A DNA stretch of 64,000 nt, from positions 48,484,001-48,548,000 of the forward strand of contig CAIIXF020000001.1 in NCBI GenBank assembly GCA_903813345.2. The letters run 5' to 3'. Shown here piece after piece: positions 1-13,392 of this stretch; the first letter of the stretch is position 1, and each line of letters starts with the position of its first letter. Origin of the DNA: Owenia fusiformis (Eukaryota). Position numbers and translations under genes: made by a program. Under the pieces are notes generated by a model. It saw nothing but the letters and a program-made list of their open reading frames with translations, searched no databases and was not told the origin of the DNA.

Positions 1-124
1 ATGTTAAATCAAGACGAACCCATAAAATAATCCAATCCGTATCAAGACAATACACAAATTTAATTATGAATATTTTTTTTTTATTGTTGCTGTTCTTAAA
101 ATACTGCAAAATATTTTCTTTTAG

Positions 125-3100
125 GTATGTGTGCCAAATGTCACACAGCAATTATGGGTGACACAAATGGATGTAAGGCACTGGGACAAGTCTACCATGT
201 CAAGTGCTTCACATGTTTAACATGCAGTAGCCAGCTACAAGGCCAAGCCTTCTTTGCAATGGAAGGGAAACCATACTGTGAGACATGTTACATGGTACGT
301 CTTACAATGTACATAGATTTTTGGGCATAGAGTGTCAAAATGTTATGTTTTCTCAAGTTTGTACCAATTAGATAAATGGAACTGTAAAAATGTAATTTTT
401 TCCATTTTTATTATGATGTAAAGGTAGCAATATGATAAATATGTTTGCAGTTTCAAAATAAAATAGGTCCTTATTAATAAAAACATGGCATTTATTGTTA
501 GTTATGGTTTATATCATAAGAATAAGGTTGCTAAAATGCCAACTTTTTAAATCAATTTTTTTCAGAAAATATCTCTGAACAATCTTTAAAGGAGGAGGGA
601 AATTAGCGCAACAGATTTTGGACAGTCATATGTTCCATATGTTGCATTTTGACACATAGTTAACCACTTTAAAGGAATAAGTGATTCCTTAAGGGGTTTT
701 AAAGATACCCATTATGGGTGACCAAACTTAGCTGAAAGCAATGCTTTTTCCTATGGGAAAATAACATGGGAAATATTGTTTTCCACTTTATCTAAAAGGA
801 ATCATTTATTCCTTTTAAGGGATTAACTGTGTGTCAAAACGCAACATATTGATGCAAGAAAAATTAAAAAAGCAAGGATGGAAGGGGTTGAAAATCAGGA
901 AAACATTTCAGAAAAAACATATGGGTGGGTTGTTTGCATCTACCCTGTCTCAAAGTAGAAATTATTTTATCATCTCTAGAAGTGATTTTCCTGGAGGTAA
1001 TGAATTCGCCTAACATTTGCACCTGTTTAAATCCCGAGGAAATGGCCAAAATCAAACATATGACTGTCCAAAATCTGTTGCACTAACTTCCCTCCTCCTT
1101 TATGAAATGTAATATTTGGATAATTAAACAAAAGTTTAAAGCTCTACACCAGCTTTTAAGATTTAGTTTGTTCAATTTTCATTGAAACATTTCTCATGTG
1201 AATGTGGATTTTATCAAAGTGTTATGTTGAACAGAACATAAAATAATCATGTCTTCCAGGATACGTTAGAAAAATGCTCGTTGTGCAAGAAAGCAATTAC
1301 AGACAGGATACTACGCGCTACTGGCAAACCATATCACGCACATTGCTTTGTTTGTGTAGTGTGCGGGAAAAGTTTGGATGGAATTCCATTTACTGTGGAT
1401 GCTAGCAACAATATCCATTGTATTGATGACTTCCATGCGTAAGTTAAATTCTGTATAGGCAGATTAGTTTGGGGAAATATTTTCAAATGTTCACGGCAGT
1501 CAAAAAGGCCACACTATGTCCTTAAAAATATGACAGTTTTAGCCTAAACTGCTTTTCCCATTTGGACATATTTAATGATTTTAAAAAATGGCTGTCAGAT
1601 TTATAATTTGCACCATTTCTTGTCCTCTCATGTGCACTTTGCTTATTATATATAAACCCTGTATCAAAACCCTTCAATTACATGACTATTCTATCCTCCC
1701 ATGTTGCAGGAAGTTTGCCCCAAAGTGTTGCGTGTGCAGTTTGCCTATAGTTCCTGAACCAGGCCAAGAGGAAACAGTTCGTATTGTTGCTATGGACAAA
1801 AGCTTCCACACAGGCTGCTATAAATGTGAGGTAGGTGTTCAGGCAAGCAAAGTTCAGCCTTAATGCAGTCTTCCCAATAAACCATACTACAGGGTGTCCA
1901 AAAAAAAACAGGACCGTAAGAAAGTTGAATAAAGCGGTCAATTTTGCATATTTTGCCTTGAAATTTAAGAATTATTTAGATCATTCAATGTGAATTTTGT
2001 TCTGAAAGTTTGATGATAATCTGTTAATTGTGTCAAAATCTACTGTCCTTTACAAAACATGCTCAAAGCGGGCACTTCTAGTCTCTATGCACAAACGAAT
2101 CCTGCGAACAAAGTTGTTAATGACCCTTACCTATACACATTAATGTGGATGGTAAATATTGGGGTTGTTATTGCCTTCTTAAGATTGTGAGGGGCCTGTC
2201 AGTATACACATTGGCTTTGAGAAATCCTCAAAGATAAAAATTTGGGGAATTTAGATCTGGGGAATGAGCTGCCCATATGGTTTGCGTTCTGCAACTGATG
2301 AGCTGACCACCAAAGCATTACCTAAACCATTTCAGCATATCATTTGCAGTGTTGGGGTGGTATTGGCTTGTTGAAACCACTGCTTAATTATCTCTAAAGA
2401 TGTTCCTGCTGGTGCTTAGTGACCTCCGAAACTTGGTGAGAACTTACTGGTCCTTGTTCATGGTGATAGCAAGTCCCCAGTCACCTTCGAACCAAAAGGG
2501 ACTGATGATTCCATGTTTCCTCATTGCCACCCAGGGAGTGCATTGTTCAGAATGCAATGGATGCTGTAAAACTTCATCAGGAGGATGTAAGCCCAAGTAG
2601 CAATTGTTCTTGGAACAAACTTGTCCATTCAGAAAGACATGTGTGTAGGAGGATCATTGACAGCTTTGTTCGCCGGATTGAATCGTGCATAGAGATGAGA
2701 TTTGCACATTTGGGGCATGTTTTGTAAGGAGCTGTAGTTTTTGACTCAATTGGTAGAATTTTATCAAACTTTCACAACAAAATTCACATTGATTGAACTA
2801 AATAATTCCGAAATTTCAAGGTAAAATATGCATAATTGACCGAGTTATTCAACTTTCTTACGGTCCTGTTTTTTTTTGGACACCCTGTACCTTTCGCTAC
2901 AAAGCTAGGATAGGCCTATTCTTGGCAGATTTATGATGTCATAGGTTTTATTTATTGATACTGGTAACAAGGTAATCCTATTTTTGTTCCAAACAGTGCC
3001 ATTTACAATCTATTATGGGATATTATCATCTGAATCTTTCAGGACTGGTATGGTATTGTAATCTGAATTGTCCAGGACTGTAGTATGGTATTTTCTTATG

Positions 3101-4247
3101 TATCTTTTGAGATATTGGTATGGTGTTGTTATCTGAATTGTTCAGGAGTAGTATAGTATAATCATCTGAATCTCTCCAGGATTATAGTATTGTATTGTCA
3201 TTCAAATTGTTCAGGAGGTTAGTTTGACATTGTCATCTGAATCTTTTAGGACTGTGGTATGGTTTTATCATCTGAATTGTTCAGGACTGTAGTAGTGTGA
3301 TATTGCCTTCTAAATCTTTCCAGGACTGTGGTATGATATTATCTTCTGAATCTTTCCAGGACTGTGGTATGATATTATCTTCTGAATCTTTCCAGGACTG
3401 TGGTATGATATTATCTTCTGAATCTTTCCAGGACTTTGGTATGATATTATCTTCTGAATCTTTCCAGGACTGTGGTATGATATTATCTTCTGAATCTTTC
3501 CAGGACTGTGGTATGATATTATCTTCTGAATCTTTCCAGGACTGTGGTATGATATTGTCTTCTGAATCTTTACAGGACTTTGGTATGATATTATCTTTTG
3601 AATCTTTCCAGGACTGTGGTATGATATTATCTTCTGAATCTTTACAGGACTGTGGTATGATATTATCTTCTAAATCTTTCCAGGACTGTGGTATGATATT
3701 ATCTTCTGAATCTTTCCAGGACTGTGATATGATATTATCTTCTGAATCTTTCCAGGACTGTGGTATGATATTATCTTCTGAATCTTTCCAGGATTGTGGT
3801 ATGATATTATCTTCTGAATCTTTACAGGACTGTGGTATGATATTATCTTCTGAATCTTTACAGGACTGTGGTATGATATTATCTTCTAAATCTTTCCAGG
3901 ACTGTGGTATGATATTATCTTCTGAATCTTTCCAGGACTGTGGTATGATATTATCTTCTGAATCTTTCCAGGACTGTGGTATGATATTATCTTCTGAATA
4001 TTTCCAGGACTGTGGTATGATATTATCTTCTGAATCTTTCCAGGACTGTGGTATGATATTATCTTCTGAATCTTTACAGGACTGTGGTATGATATTATCT
4101 TCTGAATCTTTCCAGGACTGTGGTATGATATTATCTTCTGAGTCTGATGGTAAAGGCTGCTATCCCCTGGATGACCATATCCTCTGCAAGAACTGCAATG
4201 CCAGGAGAATCCAGACCATGACAACCAAGAAAACAACAGATCTTTAA
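125..4247 (+). CDS. LPP: LPP/zyxin/TRIP6-family triple-LIM protein, last four coding exons (5' part upstream of window)
   Basis: Exons 125-294, 1260-1438, 1710-1830, 4116-4247, all GT-AG and phase-compatible. They encode three LIM domains ([55 protein letters not shown]). The C-terminus [43 protein letters not shown] resembles vertebrate LPP (..STDL*). Choice of the last acceptor is ambiguous because of the 36-bp array; orthology within the zyxin family is not certain. Confidence 0.88.
590..1099. mobile_element. Non-autonomous DNA transposon (MITE), Kolobok-like termini
   Basis: AGGAGGAGGGAAATTAG..CAACAGATTTTGGACAGTCATATGTT at 590 is inverted at ~1055-1099; second inverted pair ~640-690 / ~795-850; flanks TTAA (586-589) and TTAT (1100-1103). 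Confidence 0.65.
1890..2887 (-). mobile_element. Decayed Tc1/mariner-superfamily element with transposase remnant
   Basis: TA-CAGGGTGTCCAAAAAAAAACAGGACCGTAAGAAAGTTGAATAA ... inverted copy ending GGACACCCTG-TA; long imperfect TIRs. Minus strand ~2190-2380 reads WFQQ.. and [23 protein letters not shown], resembling the WPPRSPDLNPxDFxLWGxLK transposase motif, with a stop. Confidence 0.8.
3015..4141 (+). repeat. 36-bp tandem array spanning the acceptor of the last LPP exon
   Basis: Unit GACTGTGGTATGATATTATCTTCTGA-ATCTTTCCAG; CAG every 36 bp from 3323 to 4115 (23 sites), plus ~8 degenerate copies at 3015-3300. Confidence 0.97.
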
Positions 4248-4301
4248 ATGAAGTGGATGACCATTGACCACCAAGACTTCTAATTAAAAACAACGAAGGC
4301 G

Positions 4302-4812
4302 CATGATCATAACCACCAATATATTTCCACACAATGAAAGTGTATGATCATGGTCACCAATATATTTCAATACAATGAGTGTATGACCACCAATATATCT
4401 CAATACAATGAGTGTGTATGATCATAACCAGCGATATATTTCAATACAATGAGTGTATGACCACCAATATATCTCAAAACAATGAGTGTGTATGATCATA
4501 ACCACCAATATATTTCAATACAATGAGTGTATGACCACCAATATATCTCAATACAATGAGTGTGTATGATCATAACCAGCGAAATATTTCAATACAATGA
4601 GTGTATGACCACCAATATATCTCAAAACAATGAGTGTGTATGATCATAACCACCAATATATTTTAATACAATGAGTGTATGACCACTTATATTTCAGAAC
4701 AATTAGGGTGTATGATCATGATCACGATCACCAATATATTCCAATACAATGATAGTATATGGCCATCAATATATTTCAATACAATGAAAATGTATGGCCA
4801 CTAATATATTTC
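4302..4812 (+). repeat. Minisatellite in probable LPP 3' UTR (alternating 33/41-bp units)
   Basis: TCAATACAATGAGTGT(GT)ATGA(TCATAA)CCACCAATATAT recurs at 4367, 4400, 4441, 4474, 4515, 4548, 4589, 4622, 4663. Confidence 0.9.
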
Positions 4813-5946
4813 ATTTCAACAATCTAAACTACATCTAAACAAACAAAAATCTCTATGGTGCTTATATTAGAACATAAAAATTGTAATATATTAGGAGAAT
4901 GAAATCTATTTGCATGAAATCTTTCCAGTCTCCCACTATCATTGACAAGGTTTACATATTTGAGAGACAATAAGGGAAGAAGTCAAAAAATACTCTTGAG
5001 TAGAGAACATGTATGTAGGTGCATGTGTTCGAAATTCAAAATCTCATAGGAATGTTCTTAAGGTTGCGTAACACACTTCATTGTGTAATCTTGCATACGG
5101 TGTCTGGTCTCCCTTTAATCTATTTCCTTTATGGGGGATAAAACAGGGACTTGATGCAAGACTATCAAGTACATCTTACTTGTTGATATTGATCTACTTA
5201 CTAAACAGTGAAAACAAGCAATATGAACAAAAATTCTGATTTAAACAGTAAAGGTCACTGAATCAGAAGGTCTAAAAGCAGTACTGTATATTTTTCATAA
5301 TTTTATATTTAGTTAGTTAAGTACCTCATATAGCTTGCCATAAAATGTTTTATATATTTGCTCAGTCGTAGTTATAAAATTTGGCGTGTTTGAAACCCAT
5401 GGTTTGGAAAAATGAAGAAATTCTTTCAAAATAAGGACACAGTTTCACACAAATGATTTATCTTGTATATACCAAATGTTATGTGCTTTTATTTATGATT
5501 TTAATCATTTGTATTGAATCAGTCATTGTTAGATAAAATGAAAGTAATTATGTCCATGTATTTTATATTATGCTGGTATAATTTGTAAATACCCAATTTT
5601 AGACTCATTTTATGGAATTTTGTAATGTAAAAATGACCACAGGGTTATTCACATTTGTTTTCAAGATGACAAAGTATGTCAAATTTTAAGTGGTGCTTCT
5701 TGTCATATTGACATTTTCCACAAAAAGTCACTGCTTAAACAGCTAAATAGATTTAGGAAAAGATATGAGATTAGGACATTTTTTAGAGATCTTAGAAACA
5801 TTAAATCATTGCTCAATAAAGTGTAAAACTATGTTTCATTCATTATGTGTTCTTCTATGCTTGTAATGTAGTTATTAATTTAAGTCAGCCACATTGAAAT
5901 CTTAAAGAAACTGCCAAGAGACCACTGTGAAAAGCATTTGAAAATA

Positions 5947-6803
5947 CAGGGTGTCCCAGAAGTAATGATAATTATGCTCTTAAATTTTTATTTGACAAGG
6001 AAACAATATGAAATTCATACAAATTAAAGTTTAAGATATAAGCTTCATTTTGCTGTATTACATTTATGAATTTATACAAAAATATTCGATGTATAGTTGC
6101 CATAGCAACATGTATGCGCGTTCTGCGGAGCAGTTTCAGTGTATTATAAATGTTCAAACTTAGTTTAGAAAAGCAGTTATTCTGTGATAATGTTTCAAGC
6201 TTTTAAATCATTGTTATGGTAATTGTATACAGTTGCATGATGTCATAGTGGTTTAATATTATGTAATTTATCTCATTGTGACAGGATTATCACTTTAATC
6301 TGATATTATGACATCACATGATGATGTCATATAGGGTTTCACAAAAGGAAAACTCTTAGGAACACAACCTAGGAATTCGGTTCAGTTGGCTCTGCAGGAT
6401 ATGTCCAACAGTGGTTTTGATCATGTCTTCCAATCCTGGCTGGAAAGGCACAGACAAATTGTCTCCAGCAAAGGACAGTATGTGGATAAGTGAATCAACG
6501 ATGTACAATGCTCTTAAGGAATATCAGGAATGAAGTAGCGGCATTACAGTAGTAATGTGAACAGCAGGGAAGCATATGAACATGAAATGTTTTTCAAAAA
6601 TGTATGAAAAACACACAGCTGCTCCGCAGAACGCGTACATGTTGCTATGGCAACTATACATTGAATATATTTGTGTAAAGTAATAAATGTAATATAGTAA
6701 AATGAAGCTAACATCTTGATCTTTAATTTGTGTGAATTTCATATTGTTTCCATATCAAATAAAATTTTTAGAGCATAATTATCATTACTTCTGGGACACC
6801 CTG
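5947..6803. mobile_element. Tc1/mariner-type MITE with ~200-bp TIRs
   Basis: TA-CAGGGTGTCCCAGAAGTAATGATAATTATGCTCT ... AGAGCATAATTATCATTACTTCTGGGACACCCTG-TA; inverted homology extends to ..GCGTTCTGCGGAGC / GCTCCGCAGAACGC. Confidence 0.85.
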
Positions 6804-9426
6804 TACATTTGAAAGCTTCTTGTGATACTTTATCACCATTGTAGTGTATCACTATGGACCACCAACTAGTCGGTCATGAACATAGCCAAATATATAGTCT
6901 TGTATACCCCCCTATTCTTACTGTATATTTTCCTAGACAATTTGCTGAAATGGTGGGGAGCAACACAGGACTTGGTGCAAAACTGTAGCATTAGCTGAGA
7001 CTCCTTTGATATAATATAATATGGCCATATATGTATAATATATACAATAAAATTATAGTTTGTAGTCAGATATTCCACGAATGTATTTATCATATACATT
7101 AATGTAGTAATATTTTATTGATCTAATGAACATTTTAACTCATTTAACATGGACTCTTTTATATCATTCATATGTATTGATGGTAATTTATTTTTCCATC
7201 TTATATGTAATCATTATTATTTATTTATCATACTCTGGTGAATTGAAATGTGTATTTACAATGCATACTAATATCTATATGATCGTACAGGTATTTTAAT
7301 ACGTCCTTGAACGGTACTCTTTACAAGCATTTAAATTGTATATTATTGTTATTTTAAACATATCATGTAACAGTGAACTCAAGTCATACTGAACTATAAT
7401 GTTGAATAAAGTGCATATAATTTATACATATAAACATCAGATTCCCTTAAATATTATTTTGTTCCGGTATTTTAAATGATTGTGATTAACATAATTAGAA
7501 TGTTCTCATGTGAATCAAATTTTTGAATTTGAAAAACATGAAAAAAGAAATTGTAAGTCAGAAAGACAGACGAGAATGTATACTTTGGCGGAATTTGGTT
7601 AACGTCAAACTTTTTTGTTTTTAAAGGCCAACATAGTCTTCTTTACATAGACCTCTACCCCTCCATTACCTATTCCCATATGCAGACAAGAAGGTGTGTA
7701 TGTAAGTGCTGTGAGTCATGATGCAAGACTAAGTCTGAAATTGAATCAAGATTATCAATTTAGGCATTGTAAAATACAGAGTGATCCAGAAGTAACGCCA
7801 AAGATGCTGCCATTTCAATATAATACTTGACCAATCTTCTTGAGATCACCCTATAACATACAAACTTGAAAAACAATACCAATTGTGGCACTTTCCAATT
7901 TTTGACTTCAAAGGATGATACAATAACAACTTTAACTTTAAGACATGGACTTACTGTAATTCCATGTTTAGGATGATTTGTAGATTTGGATTTTCCCGAC
8001 TCTCATTTCAGGTGTTATTTCATGGGAAAACATATTCAGCGGGGACTGATATCATTTACAACAATGAGAAATATTTAAATAACTAATTCACTCCTTTGTC
8101 CTTTAGGGACGATATATGTTTTAACATCTCAACGCTTGTTATCCACATCTTGACGCACATTATGTACTACACAGGTGTAAATAAACATAATATGTAATCT
8201 TTGTGTAGGTTTGCCAACCATGTTAATCATGCAAGGCCATCGCAATCGGTGATTATGACATTTTACTTGGCCAATATCATATTTTCACTCGGAATAAAAT
8301 TCATAATTCAATATAACTATTCATTTTACATAGAATATATATCATTAAAGAACCTTATAAAGTCAGAAATATATACATATAGGTTGTCTAATGTTGTAAT
8401 CATAAGATAAAAATAAACTATATTTTTAGTTTTTTACCTTTTCTATGAATACTACTGGTCACATCACATGTCTATGTACTTCCAAATGGTTCGTTATCAT
8501 CAGATTTTTTCTTCCTAATGGTTATCATTGCATTATTTTAGTGGTGAAAATCAAAAACAATATACTAGATCCGAGTAGAAATAATCTTGTTTTACGTCAT
8601 TAAATATTCAAAATTCAGTCAAAGTGGTGTCATATTTGAAATCTACATGTAAAAGCACATCTAGAAATATGGTTTCGAAAATTGTTTATCAACTTTGAAA
8701 ATTTAATTTTTTTGAGGAAATGTGATTTCTAGTTCGGGTTGATTTCCCATAGACCCCATGTTACAAAAAGTGAAGTATCTTGATCATATATATTTAGATA
8801 AAAATACATCGGTTATGAAATATTTATTTCAAAAAATCTCACTCTCTCGATGTGTCTAAACAATACCAGGTATAAATTTTAAAACATTTCTAAAAATTAA
8901 AAGAGAATTCTTTTGATAGATTTCTTTGAAACAAAATAATTATATATCAAAATCAAAATAAATAAATAAATATAGACCCTTGCTTACACCCTCAATAACT
9001 TTCATATACTCAAATCTATTGACCTGATTATAGACCAAATAGATCAATAAATGATCATATTTAATTCTGCTTTCCTTGTAGTAATGCGCTTAGTAATGTG
9101 TGTAGTTACCTATAGAGTATATATCTCAGTGAATTTATAAATTGGATTTTTGTTTGAGGTCTTGTTTATAAACAAAAAAAAGGACACCAGTCCTGTTTAA
9201 CTCCGCTATAATTTAATAACATATCACGGTATTTTGCCAAATTGGTAAAAACAAATCCAGGGCTGTCTATAATACTGTTTGAAAGTATTGAAAATAGGAG
9301 CTCTGCAACAGGACATAAAATCTTAACGGAGCCTCTTTCAAAGATTTTGTTTGACAATAATATAAATAGTTCAATCTAGTCCATGTTTATTTTAAGACCA
9401 GACATACGCACATACATGACATTGGC

Positions 9427-12400
9427 ATGGAGAAGGTTCAGATTGCAAGGTAATTTATTTATTTGATATATTCATGAATCTACGTTGATAACTTGATAAC
9501 CTTGATAATAAATGTTAATTTATATGTATTTTGTGTCCCATATACTATAAATAGATAAGTGTCAAATATGAATAGTTTAAAACTGTGATAAATGAGATAC
9601 TGAGGGTTTGGAGGGTGAACAAAATCTCCAGCTGAATTCTGCTAAATAGGACTTAGCCAAGGAGGGTATAACTTTGGGGGAGCATCAACTATAGCATTAA
9701 CGTGTTAACGCCATGTACATTGACAAGAGTTTCTACAACTCTGTAAGGCCCAACATGGTCACACGTTTGCGTATGTTGACAAATTAAATTAAAAAAAGTA
9801 CATGTAAACTGAGTGTATTTGAATGTGTTTATAGTCGGTATTAATACAAAACATTTTTTCATTTCTTTTTTATGTGCAGAATAACTACTGTAGTGTACCA
9901 TTTGTATTGACAAACATCATGGCCATGTTTAATGGTCTACTAAAGTTTTGTGTGATGATTCCACGCAGCATGTGCATTGTCATCAATGCAGCTGCATTAT
10001 CATATGCAGTATGACGTCTATAAGTAACCAGATGTATAAAGGTCGGATATAAAATGACGAATTTAGGCCTTCAACTTACACGTACCCATAGGGATGAAAC
10101 CCAACATGCACTTGTATCATTATCTCACATGTTACATGCAATGAAGCTACCAGGTGTACGGTCTAATACACGGCAATAAATTCCGATCAAGCGATTCATT
10201 TTCACAAGGCAGCTTTACCCATGTTTTCTAAGGGCCGTACGTTATCGTATCCCATCGACTCGTTGTTGTGTCCAGTTATCATCCATAGGCCATAAATATA
10301 AATTGTAAACCTATAAATAAGAGTAATAACTACTTAAACTGATCATGAAATTTCTTTGCATATATCAGTGAGTTTGAATCTTTGGACATCTTATCTCAAG
10401 AAAGTAAAAAAGTAACTTATTAAATTATACCTTTCAAATAGATACTTTTCTCGCAGTTAAAATCAAAATACAAATAAGATTAAAATGGATACACAGCTAG
10501 CCAGGTAAGATTTAAGATTTTCATTCTATTGGGATTCAATAGTTTTAAATGTGACCTTGTGGGAACTTGCAGTGAAAAACAAGTGATCAACAAAATATTC
10601 ACACATGTAGCTAGGCAAGGTGTGTCCAATTCCAGCCAATCCGAACACTCTATTTCAAATAACTGCATGCAGTTATACGTATAACCAACAATTCATCCAA
10701 AGTCAATAATTCTAGATTCTATTGAAACCAATAAAACTGATAAGCTGATGAGTTCATATTTGTAAAATCTATAATAATGCAAATTTTGGAAAGCAACACC
10801 TTCCATGAATTGCCATTCCACATTGTGTGGATGCCACAATGGATAACACATATAAGAAAGGGTTTAAGCAAACCTCCCAATATTCAGAAATACGTATAAT
10901 CCAATCGATGACATTTTATGCCAATAATTGCTATTAAAAATATTGGAGATGTACAAAGTCCTTGCTTTTTAGGTTGATGCTACCCGATGATGCGAACACG
11001 GCGGGCAATGTTCACGGAGGGACACTTCTTAAGATGATAGAGGAAGCAGGGGCAATAATAACCACACGATTCTGCAACGATGTACCCGATAAGGTACTCA
11101 TCCAGAACAAAATTATTTACTTTGTTTAAAACCATCGCCAATTTGCGTTTTTGGCATTTAACTTTTGACGAAGTGTGTTGCAAATTCAGAGCAAACTCTT
11201 CCAATCCAATCCAGTCCATTGATTCAGATGAGCCAAAAATACAGCGCCATTTTCTGTCTGCGTTTCATTTCTTGTTGTATTTCAAACCACGTTTCTGATT
11301 CCAGGATTCCTTTGATTTTGAACCATCGGTTACGACACTTGCGAGGGTCGAACGCACGGATTTCATTAACCCAGTTCATATTGGCAATGTCGTCCAGATT
11401 GTCGCTGAAATCACATACGCATCGTCACATTCTTTAGAATGTAGCGTCTCTGTATGGGGAGAAGATATTCTAAAAGGTAGAGAAAGAGATACTTTCATCA
11501 TGGTTTGATAAAATTAGAAATAAGAAAATACCAGATACCCCAGAGTATATACTGAATTAGCTTGACAAATCTATCAATTTATTCAAAAAATTCTTCTGAA
11601 TAAGAAAATACTGTTGAGATGCCTTCAGATTATTTCTGAATTTTGTTAATAGGTGTTCGAAAACTGACCAACCGAGCAGTGCTTTGGTTTGTACCATGTT
11701 CAATAAATGATCCAACCAAAATAATGACCGTCCCAGAAATGCACTATTCAAGTGAAGCTGAAAAAGAGGCGGGACTAAAGAGGTACAATGAACAGAAGAA
11801 GGCACGGACTGGAGCCCTTAGACGAAACAAAACACTGACCAACATGAATGATGACCCGTACAATAATAATGAACAAAGAGGTTAGTGTCATAAATGTTAT
11901 ATTTAGTAATATTTGTTATAGGTTTGGATTAGGATAGGTTCCTCATTTACAATAGGTTGGAAAATTAGGCTTAAGATAGGCTTTAGTTTTCATATTTTTG
12001 ATGGGGAGTGTTGGTCGACTGAGAATGCGAGGGGTAGGGGGCGAGGAGATGTCAGACCTTGCAATAACTATGAAAGGGCGATCGCAAACTCAAAATTTGA
12101 TAACTTCTAAAACATTATTTAACAACCAGCATCAAACAACAGAAAATAGAGTCAGCATGGTTTATGTTTTAGAACCAGAGCCATACAGTCCAAGATTTGC
12201 TCGATCTGTGCTGATCCACATGATAGGTGTCTCTGACTGTACCCTACAAGGCTTTGCCCGAGGTGGTGTCATCATGAAGTTGATGGATGAATGTGCGGGC
12301 TTAGTAGCCAAGCGACACTGCAGAACACCCGCCGTCACAGCCAGTTTAGATGCAATTAACTTTCACAAGAAGATGCGACTAGGTAGGAACATGAACCAGC

Positions 12401-13392
12401 CACTGGACATTGAGCGTTGTTTAAACTTTTGTCAAATAAAAAAATCTCTCATCTTTTTGGGTATTTGTAGTATTTTGTATGCTGTTTGTTTGCTATTTAA
12501 ATAAAACATATTACGAAACCTCAAATACGCACAATCGCAATGGTTTTGTGGATGTCCTATCATGCACCTACGAATACGGACCAAAATCCCACACAATAAC
12601 AGGTAAGGTCTCAAAAAGTCCGAAAAGTATGCTGTGCTTAATAAACTATGGGGCATGGTAAAACATCGTAGTACTCGCTGGACCTTCAGTTCATAGGAAA
12701 CGTTAGACTGCCTCATTTTTGTATGTTGAGTTTTATCAACACATCATTTTGCAGGTCAGGTTGTTACTATCGTTGGCCAGCCATTGTTCACTAGCAACAA
12801 AAGCATGGAAATAGAGGTTCAGGTGACAGTAGAAAGCATAACGGGAGGACAGATTAACAAAGACCGAGCATGTGATGCCTTCTTCACATTTGTGTCTCTT
12901 GATAAGCAGGGAAAGCCACTACCCACACCTCAACTGAAGGTATAAAGTTAAGCTGTCGCAAATGATAACGACTGCAAAATGTTGGAAGTAATCTTTAATA
13001 TAACCATTTTGCCAAATAAGGTAAAAAGATCATCTTTAAAGTTGGTATTTAACAAAATAGGTAAGATAAGGAATGCAAACATATAGTTTTCAATTGAAAT
13101 GATATTTTCATTTTTTCAGCTTCAAACTTTAGAGGAACAACAACTTTTCGAAGAGGGAAAATTGAGATACGAAGCAAGGAAAAAATTGAGGAAAACGAAT
13201 CAAAAGTCGAGTGACACAACCAAGAAATCAAATATTGACAAAAGTAAATCAGCTACTTCTCATCTTCAAAACGGCATTGATGTAGATCCAACAGTCGGTG
13301 CACAAAGAGAGAAAAATAAAGAACTAAATAGCAAAGAAATTTCCCCAAAGAAACCACCTTCGCCATTAAGTTGTAACGTCGTTCAATTATGA
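9427..13392 (+). CDS. ACOT7: Cytosolic acyl-CoA thioesterase (double hotdog), ACOT7-like
   Basis: Exons 9427-9449, 10973-11093, 11305-11476, 11653-11880, 12173-12382, 12755-12939, 13120-13392, phase-consistent. Motifs RLMLPDDANTAGNVHGGTLLKMIEEAGAII, LARVERTDF, KLTNRAVLWFVP, SDCTLQGFARGGVIMKLMDECAG, FTSNKSMEIEV, AFFTFVSLD. The first exon (MEKVQIAR) is the least certain. Confidence 0.9.

Noticed and set aside
3297..4247. 316-aa ORF as a stand-alone repeat protein
   Set aside because: It is the acceptor array running into the last LPP exon; it has no independent start context.
13190..13392. Targeting signal in the ACOT7 C-terminal extension (..CNVVQL*)
   Set aside because: Not a canonical PTS1 or CaaX; low-complexity tail with no supportable function.
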